Shown: positions 39,793-49,104 of the stretch, one piece after another
Layout of the letters: every line of letters begins with the position of its first letter
Numbering within the stretch: position 1 is the first letter of the stretch
Origin: an uncultured delta proteobacterium
Lineage (GTDB): Bacteria > Desulfobacterota > Binatia > UBA9968
NCBI GenBank assembly: GCA_963804165.1
Contig: CAWDPO010000011.1
Span: forward strand, 96,001-160,000
DNA: 64,000 nt
Reading direction: 5' to 3'
The notes under the pieces: generated by a model
The model's input: only the letters and a program-made list of their open reading frames with translations
What the model was told of the DNA's origin: nothing
Database searches by the model: none
Position numbers and translations under genes: made by a program

Positions 39793-40893
39793 ATGAGCGG
39801 TCGCGAATCAAAATATATAATTGTTCTAGCCGCCATCATTGCGCTGCCGCAACTGCTCGCAGCCGCCGATGGCGGCGGCGAGTGGGCGCGAATCGTCGAC
39901 GCGGCCAAGAAGGAAGGCAAAGTCGTCATCGGCGCGCCGCCCGGCAGCGATTTTAGAAACGAAGTGCAAGCGATATTGAAGAAGCGCTTCGATCTCGACA
40001 GCGAGTTTATTCAGGCGCCGGGACCGAGTCTGATGAGCAAGATTGTTGCCGAAAAGAAAGCCGCCGTTGCTTCCGTCGATGTATTTCTTATCGGTCCCTG
40101 CACGGGAAATTCATTGCTCAAAGCGGATCTTTTTGAACCGCTGGCGGCGGCAATGATTCTTCCGGAAGTAAAAGACCCGGCGAGATGGTTCGACGGTCAT
40201 CTGTGGGCCGACAATCAGACCGGAAAAAATATGCTGTACAGCTTCGTTGCGCAGATAACGCCGTCGGTTTACTACAATACAAAATTAGTCAAGCCGCAGG
40301 AAGTGCGCAGCTATAACGATCTGCTCGATCCCAAGTGGAAAGGTAAAATCGGTCTTCGAGATCCGCGAGTTCCAGGAGGTGGACTGGCGATGTGGGCGTT
40401 TCTTTTGGACTTGAAGGGCGAGGAGTACATCAAGAAATTGGCGCAGCAGGAAATGTTCGTCAGCCGTAACGCGCGGCAAATCGCCGACGCGTTGGCAAAA
40501 GGGAGTCTGGCGTTGACCGTTGGCGTAGGTTACCGGGACTTCGACGCGTTTTTGGATGCAAACCTGCCCGTCAAACATCTGCCGACGCTCAAGGAAGGTA
40601 CTTACGTCAGCGGCGGCAACGGCATTGTCGGTATCATCAAGGGCGCGCCCCATCCGAGTGCGGCGAGAGTCTTCTTCAACTGGATACTCAGCCGCGAAGG
40701 ACAAGAGCTATATGGAAAGACCGTGCAGCAACCGACACGCCGTTTGGACGTCGAAACCAAAGGCCTGGATGGCCAGGCGGCCAAGGACATCTTGACTGCC
40801 GAAGAGTTTAGGCGCTTTCAAAACTTCACGGAAGATAAGTGTAACAACTCTTGGTTCCCGGGAGCGAAGTTGGCTGAGGCGGTGCTTAAATAG
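39793..40893 (+). CDS. Extracellular solute-binding protein, iron/thiamine ABC class
   Basis: AAKKEGKV, YYNTKLV, DLLDPKWKGKI, APHPSAARVFFNWILSREGQ. Confidence 0.88.
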   Translation: MSGRESKYIIVLAAIIALPQLLAAADGGGEWARIVDAAKKEGKVVIGAPPGSDFRNEVQAILKKRFDLDSEFIQAPGPSLMSKIVAEKKAAVASVDVFLIGPCTGNSLLKADLFEPLAAAMILPEVKDPARWFDGHLWADNQTGKNMLYSFVAQITPSVYYNTKLVKPQEVRSYNDLLDPKWKGKIGLRDPRVPGGGLAMWAFLLDLKGEEYIKKLAQQEMFVSRNARQIADALAKGSLALTVGVGYRDFDAFLDANLPVKHLPTLKEGTYVSGGNGIVGIIKGAPHPSAARVFFNWILSREGQELYGKTVQQPTRRLDVETKGLDGQAAKDILTAEEFRRFQNFTEDKCNNSWFPGAKLAEAVLK

Positions 40894-40903
40894 GACTGGA
40901 GCT

Positions 40904-40948
40904 CGTTCCAGTCGTTCAAATCGTTCAAACCGTTCCAATCGTTGGAAG
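40904..40948 (+). repeat. GTTCAA tandem micro-array (9-nt period)
   Basis: cgttccagt cgttcaaat cgttcaaac cgttccaat cgttggaag. Confidence 0.85.
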
Positions 40949-40979
40949 AATATTCGGTCTCGGAGATCGAGCATTTACT

Positions 40980-41744
40980 ATGATCGCTCAGGAAGAAAAT
41001 AATTTACTGATTCAGACCAACCGTGGCACACCCTGCGGTGAATTGATGCGCCGCTATTGGCAGCTGGCGGCTGTATCGGACGACTTGAACGCCGATAAGC
41101 CCCTGCCGGTGACGATGTTCGGCGAAGAGTTGATTTTGTTTCGCGACGATCAGGGGAATCCCGCGTTGATCGGACGCTACTGCGCGCACCAGGGTGTGGA
41201 TATGATCTACGGTCGCGTCGAGCCCGGCGGGATACGCTGCATGTACCATGGTTGGTTGTTCGACAATTGCGGCAAGGTGGTGGTGCGGGGCGACTGGCTG
41301 CCCGGCGGAGAGCAGCGGATGTCGGTGGGACAGCCGGCCTATCCCTGTATCGAAGCCGGCGGCATGATTTTTACTTACATGGGACCGGGCGAAGCGCCGG
41401 CGCTGCCGGGTTATGAATGTTTCATCAAGCCACCGGCGCGTTCCGCGCTGACGAACGTTCTCAGCGACGAAAATTACCTGCAAGGAATTCTCCGCGCTAA
41501 CGAACCGCCGCTCAACAACGCTAGATTTGTCATGCCGAATCTCGTGGCTTATGTGGGAGCGCCATCGGGCGCAGAAAGCTGGCTGTGCTGGCATGTGCCG
41601 GTCGATGACAACTCCCATGGGCAATTTACCTTTCGATACTTCGGGGAGTCCGCAATTGCAGGTGAGCTGCTGGGTGCAGCGCATCAGGTCCTGCTCAAAG
41701 CGATTGAAGAAAGTCGCACGCAGCAGCAAGTGGCGTCGCCGTGA
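40980..41744 (+). CDS. Rieske 2Fe-2S protein related to phthalate-dioxygenase-type alpha subunits, with shortened catalytic domain
   Basis: GTPCGELMRRYW, CAHQG and CMYHGW Rieske ligands, AYPC, WHVPVDD; only 254 aa. Confidence 0.8.
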   Translation: MIAQEENNLLIQTNRGTPCGELMRRYWQLAAVSDDLNADKPLPVTMFGEELILFRDDQGNPALIGRYCAHQGVDMIYGRVEPGGIRCMYHGWLFDNCGKVVVRGDWLPGGEQRMSVGQPAYPCIEAGGMIFTYMGPGEAPALPGYECFIKPPARSALTNVLSDENYLQGILRANEPPLNNARFVMPNLVAYVGAPSGAESWLCWHVPVDDNSHGQFTFRYFGESAIAGELLGAAHQVLLKAIEESRTQQQVASP

Positions 41745-41768
41745 AAGACCTCTAGTCCACAATCTGCG

Positions 41769-42857
41769 TCAAGCCAGTAACCGTCCGAGATTGACGATGA
41801 CTTCCTCGATGTCGTCGAGGGAGTTCCAGCGCGGCGAGCCGCCGAGGTGCGGCGTGACGATCACGTTGGGGAATTTAATCAGCGGATCGTTGGCATCTCC
41901 CGGTTCTTCATAAAACGTATCTAACCCATATCCGCCCAGCCGTCCTGAAGCCAACGCGCGGCGCAATGTCTCGCGGTCGACCAGGTTCGGTTGCGAGACA
42001 TTGATCAAGAACGCTCCGGGCTTGATGATCGAAAGCTCGGGATCACCGATGAAGTTGATTGTCGCCGGACTGCGCGGCAAGTGCAGGCTAACGAAGTCGG
42101 AGCTGCTGAGCAGTTCAGCCAAAGTACAGTAGCTTGCTTGATACTGTTGTTCGACGTTTGCAGGGAGGCGCGTGCGTTGCGAATAGACGATGCGCATGCC
42201 GAGCGCGATCGCGCGGAGCGCCAACTCCCGGCCGATCTCGCCAAGACCGACGATGCCGAGCTGCTTTTGGTAAAGCGTGACCATTTCCGGGATGCGCGCC
42301 CAGTTGCCGTTGGGTGTATGTGAGCGATCGTAGGTTGTCGGTTCGTAACCTGCGGCTTTCAGCTGGTCGATACTGATCAGATTGGCGTTGCGCGTGACTT
42401 GGCGCGCGAGCGCGAGCATGAGCATCAAGCCTTGCTCGGCGGTGGAGATATTTGCGCGCCGGCGAATCGTGAGTACGCACACACCGGCGCTGGCGCAGGC
42501 GTTGTTGTCGATGTTGCGAGTGGTGACGCCGTACTTTTGCACAAACTTGAGCGCGCTCCCGGCCGTGGCTATTTCTTCGGCGCCGACAGTCAACTCTTCG
42601 ACGACGACGACACTCGCGCCGGACACGTTCGCCGACAAATCGGCTTGATCGTCGACAAGATGAACAATCGCCGGATAGGTATTTCGCGCCTGCGCGCGGA
42701 TCTTGTCACACCAGCCTTGGAAATCCGGCGTGTCGTGCTTGCAGAAATGCGCGAACGCTTCGAAACGCTCTTTCGGTGCAGACGGATCGAGAACGACTTG
42801 AATCAAGCGGAGGAAACTGTCGTTTTCGACGACGAACTTAATTTTCGGCGGTGGCAT
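41769..42857 (-). CDS. D-isomer-specific 2-hydroxyacid dehydrogenase family protein
   Basis: GIVGLGEIG, SDFVSLHLP, KPGAFLINVS, DTFYEEP, TPHLGG. Confidence 0.88.
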   Translation of the reverse strand: MPPPKIKFVVENDSFLRLIQVVLDPSAPKERFEAFAHFCKHDTPDFQGWCDKIRAQARNTYPAIVHLVDDQADLSANVSGASVVVVEELTVGAEEIATAGSALKFVQKYGVTTRNIDNNACASAGVCVLTIRRRANISTAEQGLMLMLALARQVTRNANLISIDQLKAAGYEPTTYDRSHTPNGNWARIPEMVTLYQKQLGIVGLGEIGRELALRAIALGMRIVYSQRTRLPANVEQQYQASYCTLAELLSSSDFVSLHLPRSPATINFIGDPELSIIKPGAFLINVSQPNLVDRETLRRALASGRLGGYGLDTFYEEPGDANDPLIKFPNVIVTPHLGGSPRWNSLDDIEEVIVNLGRLLA

Positions 42858-42873
42858 GGCTACGAAGCTTCGC

Positions 42874-42950
42874 GTTCAATGTTCAACGGTTCAATGTTCA
42901 ACGTCAGAAAACGGGTCGAGACCCTGACCTTTGAACCTGGAACCTTGAAC
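42874..42950. repeat. Inverted pair of GTTCAA arrays
   Basis: gttcaat gttcaacg gttcaat gttcaac ... ttgaacc tggaacc ttgaac. Confidence 0.85.
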
Positions 42951-42955
42951 TTTTG

Positions 42956-43483
42956 TTAGGGTTCCGGATCGACTTTTAGCGCTTTCAAAAATCTCGTCAG
43001 CATATTGTAGGCGCCGATGAGCATCGTGAGCTCTACCGTTTGGCGCTCGCTGAAATGGCTGCGCACTTCGCTGAACACGGAGTTCGACACGTCAATCTCG
43101 TGCGTCATCGCGTCGGTGTAGGCGAGCAGTGCGCGCTGTTGCGCGCTGAATAAATTCGACGGATGCCAATTCGCCACGGCTGCGACTTGCTCGGGAGTAA
43201 GACCTTCCTTCAAAGCGTACGCAGGACCGTGCGCGCGCTGCACGTACTCGACGTTGTTTAAAATCGCCACGCGTATCACCGCCAGCTCGCGGCTCTGGCC
43301 GTCGATCTCGGTGCCGTATCGCACGGTCTGATTCAGATCGAACCAGGCATTGGCGAGCGCCGGACTGTGCAGCATGAGCCGATAAATGTTGATGAGCCGA
43401 CCCTGACGAGCGCCCTTGATCTTGGCGATGGAATCCGCCAGCTCGGGATGTTCTGCTTCTTCGATGAGCGGGACACGCGCCAT
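42956..43483 (-). CDS. Carboxymuconolactone decarboxylase (CMD/AhpD-like) family protein
   Basis: MARVP, LHSPALA, RELAVIRVA, EYVQRAH, FSERQTVEL..IGAYNM. Confidence 0.88.
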   Translation of the reverse strand: MARVPLIEEAEHPELADSIAKIKGARQGRLINIYRLMLHSPALANAWFDLNQTVRYGTEIDGQSRELAVIRVAILNNVEYVQRAHGPAYALKEGLTPEQVAAVANWHPSNLFSAQQRALLAYTDAMTHEIDVSNSVFSEVRSHFSERQTVELTMLIGAYNMLTRFLKALKVDPEP

Positions 43484-43625
43484 AAGAATCCTTCGTCTCT
43501 ATTCTTAGATAACTTAACAACGCGGAAATTTCTATGGATGACACGAATCTGAAGATTTGGGCGCGACGGGTGAAGACGTTTGGAGTATACTCGCCCTCGA
43601 AGCGAAAATTATTGAGGACGCGATT

Positions 43626-44816
43626 ATGGGGCGAGGAATAGGTTGGAACCGGCGACTGAAGGCCATTGCGGTTGGGCTCGCTGTTGCCCTTAGCCTCTTG
43701 ACTGCGCGGCATTGGTACGAGACGTATTCGCTTGGTCATCCAGACTGCGATAACTGCCGTGCCGACTTTCCCGCGCTTTACGCCGGCGCCAAACTGATGT
43801 GGGAAAATCGCAGCGTGCTTTACGACCTCGATCGGCAGCTCACGATCCAAAGGACCATCGATTCTCGTATCGGCGATTCAGTTTTGGGTTTTGCTTATCC
43901 GCCGTTCACCGCCTTTCTTCTGATGCCCCTCGGCTCGACTTCCTTCCCAAAGGCTTTCTTGATCATGAGTATGGTGAACGGATTGCTACTATTCACGGCG
44001 CTCAAATTACTCATCGGGCACTTATCTTTGAACAGAGAGCAATCAACATGGCTTCTAGCGACGACATTTTGCAATTTCGGCGTCCACAGCACGATTCTCC
44101 AGGGCCAGACTTCATTCGCGGCTTTGTTGTTGGTTACTCTTTACCTGAGATCGCTTCGCCGTGAAAACGAGGTCAAAGCGGGGCTGTGGAGCAGCGCCAT
44201 GAGCTTCAAGCCGCAGTTGTTGACCGTGCCCCTGATTGTCCTAGCGACGCGGCGAAAGTGGTGCGCGCTCATGGTGTGTGCCGTAGTAATCGCTGGGCTG
44301 GTGATTTTCTCGGTGATGTTGGTGGGCCCGAAGGGAATCGCCGACTATATCGAAATATCCCGGCGTTTTAGCAGCCTGGAAAGCGACCTGGGCACCCATC
44401 CGCGGGAGATGCAAAACCTGCGGGCACTGGCGTTTAGTGTCGCCTTGGGGTGGCCGGCGCTTTACGTCTGGGTGACTCTCAGCGCGGTGATTGTCGTCGC
44501 CGTGTTTATACTCAACCGGAAAGCTTATGGCGGAAACGTTGCCGCGGGAATGCAATGGATCGGTAACGTAGTGGCGATCCTGCTGCTGTCGCCTCATGTG
44601 CACTCTCACGATCTTGCGCTGTTGGTTGTGCCGAACGCTCTGACGTTGAGTCTCTTTGGCGAGTCCATTCCGGCTGCCGTGTCCATCGGATTAATTCTAG
44701 TTGGATTACTTCCACTGTTGTCCTTTGTACTTGTCCATCCGCCGCCCGTCGTCCCTTTGATTCTCTTAGCCGTCTTTGTTGTGAGCGTGTGGCTTGTCTG
44801 GCGTGCCCGCGCATAA
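43626..44816 (+). CDS. Glycosyltransferase family 87 (DUF2029) membrane protein
   Basis: DF..LY, FAYPP, LQGQ, FKPQ, SPHVHSHDL; multiple TM segments. Confidence 0.82.
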   Translation: MGRGIGWNRRLKAIAVGLAVALSLLTARHWYETYSLGHPDCDNCRADFPALYAGAKLMWENRSVLYDLDRQLTIQRTIDSRIGDSVLGFAYPPFTAFLLMPLGSTSFPKAFLIMSMVNGLLLFTALKLLIGHLSLNREQSTWLLATTFCNFGVHSTILQGQTSFAALLLVTLYLRSLRRENEVKAGLWSSAMSFKPQLLTVPLIVLATRRKWCALMVCAVVIAGLVIFSVMLVGPKGIADYIEISRRFSSLESDLGTHPREMQNLRALAFSVALGWPALYVWVTLSAVIVVAVFILNRKAYGGNVAAGMQWIGNVVAILLLSPHVHSHDLALLVVPNALTLSLFGESIPAAVSIGLILVGLLPLLSFVLVHPPPVVPLILLAVFVVSVWLVWRARA

Positions 44817-44855
44817 CGAGTGAGCGGACCGCAAATCGCGTGTCATAGAAGGCGA

Positions 44856-46324
44856 TTATCCTCGTGGCAACTTTTCCATTCGGATCGAATAATCGCGGTT
44901 TTGAACGTACACGCTCTTGCGTTCATTTTGTTTGCTCAGCTCGCCGATGAGATTCACCAGCGGATTGCCGTTCTCGTTGTAGCTGCGCGGTGGGCCCGCG
45001 GCGTGCATGCGATCGACATCTTCTTTGCTAGTGAAAAAACGCGACAACACTTCTTCGTCGCTCACGCCTTGCCCGCCGTATTTGCGCCGCAAGTCTTGTA
45101 GGGAATCACTCGGATGGGGCCGCTCGGCGATTTCGTTGGCGCGCGCGCGGTTGAGAATTTTTTCTTTCACGTTGGGGTCCATGAGCGCGGCGCCTTCCTT
45201 GCCCCAGATGCCCATGGCGTATTCAATGGTTTGATCGGTGACTTGCTTGTAGCGCTCGCCGACGATGACATTGATCGCCGCCTGGCTGCCGACGAACTGC
45301 GACAGCGGCGTTACCATGATCGGGTAGCCGAAGTCGGCGCGCACCTGCGCGGCTTCTTCGAGAGTCTGATCCATCTTGTGTTCCATGCCGACGCGGCGCA
45401 GCTGGAATCGCAGGTTGGAAATCATGCCGCCGGGGATCTGATGCACGTACTGGGCGTAGTCATATTCAGGCGTTTTGCCGATGGGCAGATTTTCCTCTTT
45501 GGCGCAAGCCGTGAAGTGCTTGGCTACGCGGCGCAACGGTTCTTCATCGATCCTTGTCTTGTACCCCAACGCGCGCGCATTCATGGCGACGTTAAAAATC
45601 GAGGGATTCGATGAGCCGTCGGCAAGCGGCGGAATCGCCGTATTGATATTCGTCATGCCGGCTTTGATCGCTTCCAGGCAACAGAGCGTGCCGAGGCCGG
45701 TGGTGCAGTGCGTGTGCAATTCCACGATTGTGCGGCCGGCGGCGTTGAGCACGGCCGGCACGAGCGTCTTGGTCCGCTCGGGCGTCAAGATGCCGCCGGG
45801 GTCTTTTAGAATGACGCGGTAGACATCGAGCGCGATCGCTTCGCGGATCTTCGCCGCGAAATACTCGTCGGTGTGACGCGGAGAAACCGTATAGATAAGA
45901 TTGATGATCGGTTGAGGCCGGCGTTCTTTGCCTGTTTGACCCGCCAAGCCCAATCGGCCGGATCATTCCAAGAATCCGAAATCCTCACTTCGCTTACTCC
46001 CGCGTTGGCCATGCAGGTATCGTAAAGCTGATGCAGCGCGGCGGGGTAAATCGCAAAACCGCTGCGCGTGCCGTGGATCAACCGCAACGGCGTTTTCTTG
46101 AATTTCGGGATGATCAACCGGTAGCGTTCCCAGGGATCTTCGCGCAGCTCTTTGACGCACTTGGGCAGCTCCACCGGTCCGCCGAGCTCGACGGCTTCGA
46201 AGCCCGCGGCATCGATATATTCGACGGTGGGCGCGATCATGCCGGTTCGCATGTTGTAAGCCCATAAACTCTGTTGCCCGTCGCGCAGAGTGGTATCGAC
46301 AAAAACAACGTCGGTCATGGTCAT
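44856..46324 (-). CDS. Pyruvate/oxaloacetate carboxyltransferase subunit (PycB/OadA-like) without biotinyl domain (frameshift near 45915)
   Basis: DTTLRDGQQSLWA, EDPWER, LKDPGG, HTHCTTG, HQIPGGMISN, GYPIMVTPLSQFVG. Confidence 0.88.
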
Positions 46325-46354
46325 GTCCCGGGAGACCCCACAGAGCGAATTAAT

Positions 46355-46815
46355 TTATTCTTCGCGCAGCCAAGTTTGGCTGCGCCCGAAGAGGGAGAAG
46401 CCGATGAAACCGCGCACTTCGAGTTTCTTGCCGCCGTCGGCCAGCTTCATTTTCGCCCGATAAATCTTGCCATTTTCCGGATCGAGGATTTCCCCGCCTT
46501 GATATTCGTCTCCCTGCCTGGTAAGTCCCCACAGAAAAGTCATGCCGAGCACGGGTTGATTCCGCCGGGCGCCGTCGCACTTGTCGCATTTCGGAGCCGG
46601 ATCGTCGCCCGGCTTGGGAAAAATCTTTTCTATCCTTCCTTCGTACTGGCCGTTGACTTCTCGTGATGCGCACCAAACCTTTCGGCTGGCCGCTTTGATC
46701 ATCGATGGTCTTCCATAAGCCCGACCGGGGATGGTTCGGCGGCGTGAAGAGAGACGGTGGTGAGCAACAAGATGACGGCTGACGAAAACCAATTATGATC
46801 TCGCAAATACGCCAT
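46355..46815 (-). CDS. DUF2147 family exported protein (frameshifts near 46720 and 46661)
   Basis: Repaired N-terminus SPVGLWKTIDD..KGLVRI, CDKC, GGEILDPENGKIY, LEVRGFIG..GRSQTW. Confidence 0.85.
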
Positions 46816-46833
46816 GGTCAGATTAAGTCCTTT

Positions 46834-46968
46834 TTACCAGTTGCAAAAGCGATTTTCGATATGGGTAACGATGCTGACGAGGGCGAATCCGAAGAGCGCG
46901 AGGAGCACGATGGTGACGAATGCCACGAAAACACTGCCGACCAAGAACCAAAAAATCAATTTGCGCAC
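46834..46968 (-). CDS. Small 44-aa membrane peptide (below the ORF-track cutoff)
   Basis: GTG start; MRKLIFWFLVGSVFVAFVTIVLLALFGFALVSIVTHIENRFCNW*; overlaps the upstream gene by 13 nt. Confidence 0.45.
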   Translation of the reverse strand: MRKLIFWFLVGSVFVAFVTIVLLALFGFALVSIVTHIENRFCNW

Positions 46969-47970
46969 TGAAACTTCGGAAAGATCTCGTTGGACATCAG
47001 CTCCAGGGTCCGGCGCACGTCGGGCATCGGCACGCCGCCGAAGTTGACCATGCAGATCACATGGGTCACGCCGGTTCTTTCATAGTCTCGGAAGATCGCT
47101 TCTGCTTGCGGTGGCGTCGGTGAAAATCACCAAACTTTCTTTCTTTAGCTCGTCGAAGTTGGGAATCTTCGATCCCGGGCGGCGATGCGTCTTGGTGAAT
47201 GAGGTGACGCGGTCGAAGTAAGGGCGGCTGAGCGTCACTGCATCTTCCTCATTCTCATGCAGATAGACGTGCAAAGCGACCATGATCTTTGGCTCGGCCC
47301 CGTGGCCGGCTGCGAATGTAATTGTCTTTGTATAAATCGTTCTTCGCTTTCACATCGAGCGAGATTGTTCGAGCGCGCGAATGGGATACCCATCATCGGC
47401 CAGCCCAGTTGGCCGGCTTTGACGAGCGTGTCGTCGCTCGACGCCGCGAGCCAGATCGGCGGCATTGGCCTTTGCACCGGTTTCACGTAAAGCGTTGCGT
47501 TGTCGTACTGATAATATTTGCCCTTGTGGGAAAATTCCTCTTCCTGCCAGGCTTTTAGGATGACGTCGGTCGCTTCCCAGAAACGTTTCTTTGGCCTCTT
47601 CCATGGTCATGCCGAAGGTCTTGAACTCCACCGGCGAAAAGCCGCTGCCCAGAGCAAATTCGAGGCGTCCGCCGCAGAGATTGTCAGCGAATGCGTACTC
47701 TTCAGCGAGCACGAGCGGATTATGAAAAGACGGAACGGAAACCGCGGGGCCAAGACGGATTTTCTTGGTACGTTGCCCGAGAGCGGCGATGATCGTCGGC
47801 GGCGAAACCAAAGTGCCATACCAGTAGAGATGATGCTCGCCGAGCCAAAACGAATCGAAACCCAATTCCTCGGCCCACTCGGCCATGGTCAAAACTTCTT
47901 CGTAATATTTCTGATTTGATCGGCCGAGCTCGGGGTGGTTGTCGCCGAAAACAAAGATGCCGAATTTCAT
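46956..47970 (-). CDS. LLM class flavin-dependent oxidoreductase (about four frameshifts)
   Basis: WLGEHH, KIRLG, GRLEFALGSG, KPVQRPMPPIW; repaired end GVTHVICMVNFGG..TLELMSNEIFPKFQCAN*. Confidence 0.85.
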
Positions 47971-48092
47971 ATTCACGAGACTCCGCTTTTAAGCCGCCAG
48001 GGTGGTTTAGGGTCGACCTGTTATTATCCTAAGGCGAAAGAAATTACTATCCGCGGGAGGCGATCGTTCGCAATCGCGAAAGTCGCTTTGAC

Positions 48093-48172
48093 GTCATTCT
48101 GAGCGTTAGCGAAGAATCTCGCATTGTCGTGCACTTACGAAGACGGGTCCTTCGGCTATTGCCTCAGGATCA
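48093..48172. repeat. REP-like element, family B
   Basis: GTCATTCTGAGCGttaGCGAAGAATCT ... TCCTTCGG..CCTCAGGAT. Confidence 0.75.
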
Positions 48173-48183
48173 TTCAGTCTCGA

Positions 48184-49032
48184 CTACTTAAGCGCGGAGA
48201 ATACCCATATCGCATTGTTCCGGTTTCGTAGGCCAGCCGAATGCGAAAAACAGTTTTGGCAAAGACCCGGTTGGTGAAATGGGGATCGAGCAGACGGCGA
48301 CGCAGCGTCGAGTCGGTGAAAAATCGTGTGATGAGCCGAAGCGCGCAAATCGTCCAGGTCTTTTTTACGCTGCGCGTCAGATCTAAAAATTTGAGATCGC
48401 GAAAGCCGGCGTTGTTTCAGCATCGTTTGAAATTCCGCAGCCGACGCCATGCTCGGCAACCGGCCCTCGACGCAAATCGGCTCGAGAAGATGTTTAGACT
48501 CCCACGGCGCCGGGCGCTCGCGGGTGAGCCAGGCGGCGATGACGCAACGTCCGCCCGGACGCAAGAGGCGCCGGACTTCGCTGAATAATTGCGGCTTGTC
48601 CAGAAATGCTCTGAGCTCTCGACGGCAATGACCGCGTCGAATGTTTCCGATGGCAGATCATTTTGTAGGGCGTCGCGGAGCAAAAAATTGACGGCTGGGA
48701 TTTGCCGCCGCGGCGACTGTGCGTGGCGCGTATTGTTTCGACGAAATCGTAATCCCGGTGACCGCGGCGCCATATTCGTGGTTCAGCGTCAGCGCCGCGG
48801 CGCCATAGCCGCAGCCGATGTCGCAAACCCGATCGCCGGGGCGGATCGCGCCAGCTCGGCGACCAGGCGGGTCAGATTCAAAACAGCTTCCTCAACGGAT
48901 TCCCTTCCCATGATCCAGTAGCCGTGATGAATGCTCGTGCCCCAGACGCTGCGATAAAGATCGTCGAGATCGTCATAATGGGCGGCGACGGCGGCGAGGT
49001 CGGCGTGTGGCCGGCGTGATCACGGGATTCAT
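48184..49032 (-). CDS. Class I SAM methyltransferase, tocopherol/sterol methyltransferase-like (many frameshifts)
   Basis: Across frames: VAAHYDDLDDLYRSVWG, HHGYW, GDRVCDIGCGYG, FDAVIAVESSEH, RPGGRCVIAAW, LLEPICVEGRLP. Confidence 0.8.
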
Positions 49033-49104
49033 CTTACTGCTTGCTCCACACTCCTTACAGAAGGGGTGAGAGACAGGGCTAAGGAGTAGGGGACACCCAA
49101 CATT

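Noticed and set aside
18758-42950. GTTCAA arrays as CRISPR arrays or alphaproteobacterial LexA boxes
   Set aside because: Units are 7-9 nt with no spacers or cas genes; the LexA GTTC-N7-GTTC box needs an 11-nt period, and these arrays follow stop codons rather than promoters
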